From contig JANOTL010000031.1 in the NCBI GenBank assembly GCA_031416315.1, positions 1-64,000 of the forward strand: a DNA stretch of 64,000 nt, given 5' to 3'. A program made the translations under genes and the position numbers. Under the pieces are notes generated by a model, which ran no database searches, was not told the origin of the DNA, and was given only the letters and a program-made list of their open reading frames with translations. Numbering within the stretch: the stretch's first letter is position 1; every line of letters begins with the position of its first letter. The stretch is from Pseudomonadota bacterium (GTDB lineage Bacteria; Bdellovibrionota_B; Oligoflexia; Oligoflexales; CAIYRB01). Below, one piece after another: positions 57,917 through 64,000 of this stretch.

Positions 57917-58897
57917 TCAAATGAGGGCGAAGCTCTCGGCCACGAGCTGGGCGCTGATCGCGACCCTGCCGTGCGCCGTCGCTCTACGCGCGGCGCGCAG
58001 CTTCGTGCGGCGCGCTTTGGCCCGGCGCGCCTCGGTGACGGGACGCCCCGTGAGCAAACTGTCATGATAGCGTGCGTTCAGCTCGATCTCGAGCGCTTCG
58101 AGGAGGCTCGAGGCCGGGGCGCCGCGCAAGGACTGCGCCGCGTCGAACAGGCCCAGACGGTCGGGCTCGACGAGGTCTCTGGCAGTTCCTTCGAGCGCAT
58201 GCACCGCACCACGCTCCAAGGCCCGCAGCGCCTCCCCCGGCGCGCCGCCGGCGAGCTTCGCGATGCGCTCCAGGGCGCCCGGCTCCTCGGGCAAAGTGAG
58301 GCCGCGCTCCGCCGCGAGCTCGGACACGATCGCGACCAGCTCCGCATACGGGGGCGGGGCGACGCGCCAGGCGACCGCGCGCGAGCGGACGGTCGCCAGG
58401 ATCGCCCCCGGCCGCGAGCTGGTGAGGACGAAGCGGGCGCCATGCGGCGGCTCTTCGAGCGTCTTCAGCAGGCGATTGGCCGCCGGGACCGTCAGCCGAT
58501 CCAGATCCTCGACGAGAACGACGCGAGCGGCAGCCCCCGACTGCGGCCGCAAGCTGACGTGCTCTTGCGCCGACTGCGCCGTCTCGAGGTCGATCGACTC
58601 ACCGTCGTTCGCCAAATGCAAGATCTCCGGCTGGACGCCGGCCAAGGTCATGCGGCAAGAGTCACACGCGCCGCAAGCGTCGCGGGTGTCGCACAGGAAC
58701 ATCGCCGCCAGCTCGGCGGCGAGCAAAGTCTTGCCGAGGCCGCGGCGGCCGACGAGGAGGACCACCGGAGGCAAGGTGCCGCCCTTCACGCTCTTCTGCA
58801 ATGCGGCACGCGTCGAGGCGAGCCCTCGTAGGCGACGCCAGTCGGGATAGGCGGGCCCGCTCGGCTCGGGGAGGGCGGCGGTGCGGATTTTGGCCAT
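57917..58897 (-). CDS. holB: DNA polymerase III subunit delta-prime
   Basis: G..GLGK, C...ACGAC.SC, AANRLLKTLEEPP, TVRSR; lies between tmk and yaaT. Confidence 0.9.
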   Translation of the reverse strand: MAKIRTAALPEPSGPAYPDWRRLRGLASTRAALQKSVKGGTLPPVVLLVGRRGLGKTLLAAELAAMFLCDTRDACGACDSCRMTLAGVQPEILHLANDGESIDLETAQSAQEHVSLRPQSGAAARVVLVEDLDRLTVPAANRLLKTLEEPPHGARFVLTSSRPGAILATVRSRAVAWRVAPPPYAELVAIVSELAAERGLTLPEEPGALERIAKLAGGAPGEALRALERGAVHALEGTARDLVEPDRLGLFDAAQSLRGAPASSLLEALEIELNARYHDSLLTGRPVTEARRAKARRTKLRAARRATAHGRVAISAQLVAESFALI

Positions 58898-59547
58898 CAG
58901 GAGCCCCCAGCGACCGGGTAACGGGAATCCATCTGCGCGAGGGCGCGCTCCAGGACGCGCTCCGGCAGCTCGGTCGCATCAAGGACCATGATGCGGTCCG
59001 GGTGGCGCTTTTGCAATGCGAGAAAGGCCTGGCGCAGGCGCTCGTGGACGCTCGCGCGCGCCTCGTCGAAGCGCCGCACGCCGTCCTCGTCGGGGCTGCG
59101 ACGCGCCAGGCGACCCATCGAGATCTCGACCGGGCAATCGAGCAGGAAAGTCAGATCCGGGTCGAGATTTCCCGTGGAAAAAGCGATCAATTGCTCGAGC
59201 TCCGCCGCCGGCACGCCGCCGAGGATCCCTTGATAAGCCCGCATCGAGTCGTGATAGCGGTCGGTGACCACCCAGGCGCCCCGCTCCAAGGCGGGCCGGA
59301 TCAGGCGGCCGACGTGCTGAGCGCGGCCGGCGGACACGAGGAGCGCCTCGGTGAGCGGCAGGAGCGGGTCGGCGTCGGGTGGCGCCCCGAACAAGGCGCG
59401 GATGCGATCGGCGGCCGGGGTGCCGCCGGGCTCGCGCGTGGTCAAAACCTCGCGACCGCGGGTGCGTAGGCCCTCGGCCAGCCCCGAAAGAAGGCGGCTC
59501 TTGCCCACGCCCTCGCCGCCCTCGATCGATAGAAAGCGTCCCCGAAT
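58897..59547 (-). CDS. tmk: Thymidylate kinase (start uncertain: ATT 59547, TTG 59556 or ATG 59574)
   Basis: EGGEGVGKS, TREPGGT, DRY.DS..AYQG, PDLTFLLD. Confidence 0.93.
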   Translation of the reverse strand: MRGRFLSIEGGEGVGKSRLLSGLAEGLRTRGREVLTTREPGGTPAADRIRALFGAPPDADPLLPLTEALLVSAGRAQHVGRLIRPALERGAWVVTDRYHDSMRAYQGILGGVPAAELEQLIAFSTGNLDPDLTFLLDCPVEISMGRLARRSPDEDGVRRFDEARASVHERLRQAFLALQKRHPDRIMVLDATELPERVLERALAQMDSRYPVAGGS

Positions 59548-59646
59548 AAGTGCCAACCTCCTAAAACCGCTCATGAATCTGGCGAGCGTAGCAGCCCACC
59601 CAGAGGCGGTCAAGCAAATCCCGAGAGACGATTCCCGGACTCGCGC

Positions 59647-59673
59647 TCACGTTCTGGGGGGGTGGGCCGATGA
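59647..59673 (+). promoter_or_regulatory. Candidate sigma28 (FliA) promoter of the kinase operon
   Basis: TCACGTTC-N11-GCCGATGA versus consensus TAAAGTTT-N11-GCCGATAA. Confidence 0.5.
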
Positions 59674-59716
59674 ACCAATTGTGTCAGTGGGTCTTCAGTG
59701 GAGTCGGACGGCAGGA

Positions 59717-61603
59717 ATGTCGGAAGAGTCGCGCTACGTACTAGCGAAAAAAATCGCCCGAGGCGGCATGGCCGAGATTTATCTCGGTAAGCATGTCGGT
59801 GACGACGGCTTTCAGCGGATTTGCGCGATCAAGCGCATCCTGCCCCATTACACGCAGGACCAAGAGTTCATTCAAATGTTCCGCGACGAGGCGCACATCT
59901 GCAAGCGCCTGCAGCACGCGAACATTGTGCGCGTGGAGGGCTTCGAGGAAGTCGAAGGCTCCTACGCCATCATCATGGAGTTCGTCGACGGCTCCGACCT
60001 GCGCACGCTCCTGCACTCGGCGGAGACGGCGAAGAAGAAGCTGCCGATCGCCATGGCCTGCCACATCATCGCCGAATCCGCGCGGGGCCTGCATTTCGCG
60101 CATACGAAGGTCGATGAGATCACCAGCAAGATGCTCGGCATCGTGCACCGCGACATCTCGCCCCAGAACATCCTCGTCTCTTACGAAGGCGAGGTCAAAG
60201 CCACCGATTTCGGCATCGCCGACGCCGACAACAAGCTCACCGAGACCCGCCCCGGCATCGTCAAGGGCAAGTACTCGTACATGAGCCCCGAGCAGATCTC
60301 GGCCAAGGACGTCGACGCGCGTACGGACGTCTTCGCGCTCGCCATCGTCCTTTGGGAGATGGTGGCGATGCGTCGCCTCTTCCAGGGCGACAACGAGGTC
60401 GACACGATCCAGCGCGTGAAGAACTGCCGGATCGACCACGATCTCATGCAGCTCAACCCGGAGTGCGACCCCGAGCTCGACGAGATCATCAAAAAGGGTC
60501 TCGCCAAGGACCTGAAGAAGCGGCACAAGTCGGCGGGCGACCTCGAGAAGGACCTCCGCAAGTTCATGAGCCGGAAGTACCCGGAGTTCACGCCTGAGGA
60601 GCTCGGCAACTTCCTAAAGCAGAACATGGAGACCCGCCGCAGCGAGTCTTTGGCCGAGATCAAGAAGACCCTGACCGAGACGACGAACCGTCCCGCGGCT
60701 TCGGCGCGCAAAGCTGCGGCGGCGTTGCGCAAGCCCGGCGTCGACATCGTCGTCGAGGACAATCCGAGCGGCCAGCAGCCGCAACTCTCGATCGCGGGCC
60801 GCAGCAATCCGCACGCCACCGGCGCCGGGATGAGCGGCATGAACCAGGGCGGCGGCATGACCGGCATGACCGGCATGACCAACAACGGCCCCCGCTCCGG
60901 AAACACCAACGCCGGGCTTCGCGGCGCCACCAACGCCTCGCGGCCGATGTCGCGCCCGGCCACCAACGCCTCGAACGTCATGCCCACCGAGCCGCGCTCG
61001 AGCGGCGGCAAGGCCTGGCTTTTTATGATCGTCGCGGCCGTCGCCCTCGTCGTCGGCACGTTCGCTTACAAGCAGAATGCCAAGGGCAAGACGACGTCGA
61101 TCTCGCTACGCGCGCAGCCGTCCCGCGTTCGGGTCTCGGTCGACAACAAGCCGATCAACCAGGGCCGCTACGTGCGCGCCGCCACCAACGCGCCGCTGAA
61201 GCTCACTCTGAAGCCCGGCAAGCACACGGTCGTGGTCAGCCGCGAAGGCTATCACTCCTATAAGTACACCTTCGACGCCGACGCCGGCGACCGCCTCTCC
61301 AAGGACGACATCGTCCTAAAGGAGAAGGGGACCCTCGCCGCCGTCAAAGTCCGCATGCGCCAGATCGACAAGACGGTGAAGATCGACATCGACGACGGCT
61401 ACTTCGTCGCCACGATCACCCCGGGCAAGGTCGACGCCGTCGCCCCCGACGTCCTTGCCGACAAGACTTACTCCTTGCGCGCCAGCGTCGCGGGCGAGAA
61501 AGACTTCACCTGTAAGTTCCAGGCAAAGTCGACCTCGTGGCGGACGCCGAACGAGGTCGTCGTCGACCGTCGCTCGAAGTCGTGCAAGGTCACGGGTCCG
61601 TGA
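59717..61603 (+). CDS. Membrane Ser/Thr protein kinase with PEGA-like extracellular region
   Basis: RGGMAEIY, AIKR, HRDISPQN, DFGIA, YMSPEQ; TM; V.VD...L..G.H.V.V.REGY. Confidence 0.95.
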   Translation: MSEESRYVLAKKIARGGMAEIYLGKHVGDDGFQRICAIKRILPHYTQDQEFIQMFRDEAHICKRLQHANIVRVEGFEEVEGSYAIIMEFVDGSDLRTLLHSAETAKKKLPIAMACHIIAESARGLHFAHTKVDEITSKMLGIVHRDISPQNILVSYEGEVKATDFGIADADNKLTETRPGIVKGKYSYMSPEQISAKDVDARTDVFALAIVLWEMVAMRRLFQGDNEVDTIQRVKNCRIDHDLMQLNPECDPELDEIIKKGLAKDLKKRHKSAGDLEKDLRKFMSRKYPEFTPEELGNFLKQNMETRRSESLAEIKKTLTETTNRPAASARKAAAALRKPGVDIVVEDNPSGQQPQLSIAGRSNPHATGAGMSGMNQGGGMTGMTGMTNNGPRSGNTNAGLRGATNASRPMSRPATNASNVMPTEPRSSGGKAWLFMIVAAVALVVGTFAYKQNAKGKTTSISLRAQPSRVRVSVDNKPINQGRYVRAATNAPLKLTLKPGKHTVVVSREGYHSYKYTFDADAGDRLSKDDIVLKEKGTLAAVKVRMRQIDKTVKIDIDDGYFVATITPGKVDAVAPDVLADKTYSLRASVAGEKDFTCKFQAKSTSWRTPNEVVVDRRSKSCKVTGP

Positions 61604-61607
61604 CGCG

Positions 61608-62270
61608 ATGGCAAACCCTCGCACCCAACGCCGCGTCGCCCTGATTACCCTGACGACGCTCGTCTGGGGCGCGGCTTTGACCAACTCGTTCTACAAGTTC
61701 AAGTTGTCGGCCAAGTCCGGCATCTCGGTGTCGCTCACGACGAAGCCCGAGCACGTCCGCGTGTCGGTCGACAGCGAGCGCCAGTTCGACGGCGCCTACG
61801 TACAAACGCCAGTGAAGATCGCCGTGCCGCCCGGCCGCCACCGGATCAAGGTCGCCCGCGACGGCTACGTGGCGCACGTCGTCACGGTCGAGGGCGATAG
61901 CGGCGACGTCTTCAAGATGGACGACGTCGTCCTCCAGAAAAATCCGGACCTCATTTTCGCGCGCGTGATCGTCGAAGCGACCTACGAGGGGATCGAAGCG
62001 CGCGCCTTCGTCGAGATCGACGAGGGCCTCGTCCGCGGCGAGACGCCGTTGACGACGCACGAGCTGACGCTCGGGAGCGAGCATTCGCTGCTCGTCTATC
62101 CGAAGGGCAAAGACGTCGACGTGAAGTTTCGCTGCCGGTTCACGCCGCCGGGCGAGATGGACGGGGCCGAGCATGCGATCAAGATCAAGATCACGCGGGA
62201 TGCGGTGAAGGCGACTGGGTGCGCGAAGTCTTCGGGGGCCGAAAAAGTCCCGAAAAAGGCCGCGCCCTAG
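61608..62270 (+). CDS. PEGA domain protein
   Basis: N-terminal anchor; TKPEHVRVSVD...TPV...PPGRHRIKVARDGY. Confidence 0.85.
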   Translation: MANPRTQRRVALITLTTLVWGAALTNSFYKFKLSAKSGISVSLTTKPEHVRVSVDSERQFDGAYVQTPVKIAVPPGRHRIKVARDGYVAHVVTVEGDSGDVFKMDDVVLQKNPDLIFARVIVEATYEGIEARAFVEIDEGLVRGETPLTTHELTLGSEHSLLVYPKGKDVDVKFRCRFTPPGEMDGAEHAIKIKITRDAVKATGCAKSSGAEKVPKKAAP

Positions 62271-62335
62271 TTCTGCAGCCTCTGCGCTCTTCGCGCCGCC
62301 GCGACCTTCGCGTCAAGATCGCAAAGAGGCGTGCC

Positions 62336-63706
62336 CTACTCGTGCCGCACGGTCGCGAGCTCGTTCAACGCGGTCCGGATCTCTTTGGCGCCCTTTTCGC
62401 ACACGCGCCGCACGCCCGAGTACTCGGTCTTCACCTCGTTCGCGGGGTACTTGCCGCCCGTCCGCTCGAGCCAAGCCCTCACCATGGCCGAGATCGAGTT
62501 CCACGCGTCGCGGCGTAGCTGCGTGTCGAGCGGCGTCAGGAGCTCGAGCTTCTGCAAGGTCTCGCGGTGGAAACCGGCGACGAAGAGCGGTGTCGCAGCG
62601 AGCGCCCAGAGCAGCGTGAAGGCCAGCGCGCCGGCGCCGGCGAAAGCGCCGAGAATCGTCGGGTCGGGCGCGAGGCCTTGGCCGTAGACGATGCCGCCGA
62701 TCGCGACCGCTAGGACCAAGCCCAGGACGAAGCCGACGACGACATTGCGCACACGGTAACGGGCGCGCTTCCTGCTGTAAGAGATCAGCGCCTCGAGGAG
62801 GTGCGACAGCCGCTCGCCGTGGAGCTCGACGTAGGCCGCGAGGTGGTCCAAACGATACTTCGGCGCCTGACCGATCAGGACCTTCAGCTCGTCGCGTTGG
62901 TTCTCGAGGAATTTCAAGTATTCGGCGTCGCGGCCGCCGCGGCGATCCTTGGCGTACGTCAGCTTGATCGGAGGGATGTCCTTCCTGCCGAGCATCTGCG
63001 AGAGGTTCCAACAGAGCGTGCCGTAAACACGCAAGAGGTCTACCAAAGTCTCACATTCGTCCACTCGGTTCAGGACGAAAATGACGCGGTCTTCGAAGGT
63101 CTTCGCCGGCAGGGTGTCGCGCAAGCTCGCGTGCGCTTCGCGCACGGTGCCGGCTTTATGCGGGTCGAAGAGGACGAGCACGAGGTCTGCGATCTGGGCC
63201 AGGTCGCCGATAACGTCCTGATAATTGTAGCCACGGTCGCGCTCGGCGATGCTGTCGAGCATTCCGGGAGTGTCGATCAGGGCCAGGTGCTTCAGAAACG
63301 GCGAGTTCACCTTCTTCAGGCGAAAGTGCGAGGCGAAACGCTGGCCGTGCTTCTTCAGGCCCTCGAAGGGATACTGCGGGTCGTTGAGGAGAACCGAGCC
63401 CTCGCGCTCCTCGGTCACGCGCACGGGGCCGCGGCCCTCGGCGCCCTCGTCGTGGGTGATGATCGTGAAGCAGTCGTCGGTCGGCGCCTGGCCGGTCTGC
63501 TGGACGTCCATGCCGAGCAGCTCGTTGATGAGCGTCGATTTGCCCGACGAGTAGTTGCCAAGGATCAGGACCTGCGGCCGCCACTTGATATTGGACTCGA
63601 GCGGCACTTCGCTATAACCGTAACGTCGGGCCACTGGGCTTAGGTGGGTGCCGACGAGCTCGACCATTTCCGAGCGCAAGGACTCGATGTAGTTCTCACG
63701 ATACAT
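62336..63706 (-). CDS. Dynamin-superfamily, EHD-like NTPase with two C-terminal TM helices
   Basis: GNYSSGKST, APTDD, IDTPG, FDPHK, LNRVD, LLRVYGTLCWNL. Confidence 0.9.
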   Translation of the reverse strand: MYRENYIESLRSEMVELVGTHLSPVARRYGYSEVPLESNIKWRPQVLILGNYSSGKSTLINELLGMDVQQTGQAPTDDCFTIITHDEGAEGRGPVRVTEEREGSVLLNDPQYPFEGLKKHGQRFASHFRLKKVNSPFLKHLALIDTPGMLDSIAERDRGYNYQDVIGDLAQIADLVLVLFDPHKAGTVREAHASLRDTLPAKTFEDRVIFVLNRVDECETLVDLLRVYGTLCWNLSQMLGRKDIPPIKLTYAKDRRGGRDAEYLKFLENQRDELKVLIGQAPKYRLDHLAAYVELHGERLSHLLEALISYSRKRARYRVRNVVVGFVLGLVLAVAIGGIVYGQGLAPDPTILGAFAGAGALAFTLLWALAATPLFVAGFHRETLQKLELLTPLDTQLRRDAWNSISAMVRAWLERTGGKYPANEVKTEYSGVRRVCEKGAKEIRTALNELATVRHE

Positions 63707-63734
63707 GCGCCTAGATTGACAGGAAAATCTTCCT

Positions 63735-64000
63735 TTGACCATCTACTTCCGCGAGCAGGGGACGACGATCGTCGTGTACGGCAACACGTACGCGGTGCGC
63801 GAACGTTTGAAGTCGCTCGGGGCGCGGTTCAACGGCCAGGAGAAGAACTGGCTGGTCCCCCGGTCCGAAGACAACCTGAAGCTCGTCGAGGGGATCGTCG
63901 AGGCCTACGGGGGTAAGAAGATCGGGGCGGTAGGCGTCTTCGGGACGTCGATCGAGCTCACGGAGGGGGTGACGACGGTCCTCGCGCCGGTCATCGCCTC
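63735..64000 (+). CDS. Partial CDS (runs off window) with DUF5710-like N-terminal motif
   Basis: TTG start, open frame MTIYFREQG...GNTYAVRERLKSLGARFNGQEKNW; absent from the ORF track because it has no stop in the window. Confidence 0.7.
   Translation, partial: MTIYFREQGTTIVVYGNTYAVRERLKSLGARFNGQEKNWLVPRSEDNLKLVEGIVEAYGGKKIGAVGVFGTSIELTEGVTTVLAPVIA

Overview
GC-rich bacterial chromosomal window, densely coded with about 65 genes. The gene content (PilT, an AgmX/PglI-type protein, a GYF_2 protein, a Ser/Thr kinase with PEGA domains, class II DAHP synthase, ccsA-hemACD, tmk-holB-yaaT, many lipoproteins) suggests a deltaproteobacteria-like predator lineage such as Oligoflexia/Bdellovibrionota or Myxococcota; this is inference. 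Most of it is housekeeping: purA, mraY, recA, a DEAD-box helicase, ppk2, dus, an M17 peptidase, nth, maf, tyrA, hemACD, tesA-ybbAP, rlmN, holB and tmk. I found no CRISPR array, integrase, transposase or rRNA. The most unusual signals are: (1) a tRNA at 14656-14730 with a Trp anticodon (CCA), an argW-like D-arm carrying A20, a U11-A24 pair (Hirsh-suppressor configuration) and a C31-U39 mismatch; (2) a ~190-nt 6S-like structured RNA that is the only divergent target of a LysR regulator; (3) two convergent NarL-type regulators flanking a sensor-less, ChpT-like pseudo-kinase, placed between tyrA and DAHP synthase; (4) a membrane-anchored EHD-like NTPase; (5) a stand-alone KamA enzyme with an altered substrate-binding residue; (6) a probable AUU start codon for tmk. 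All family calls come from motif recognition by eye, not database searches.
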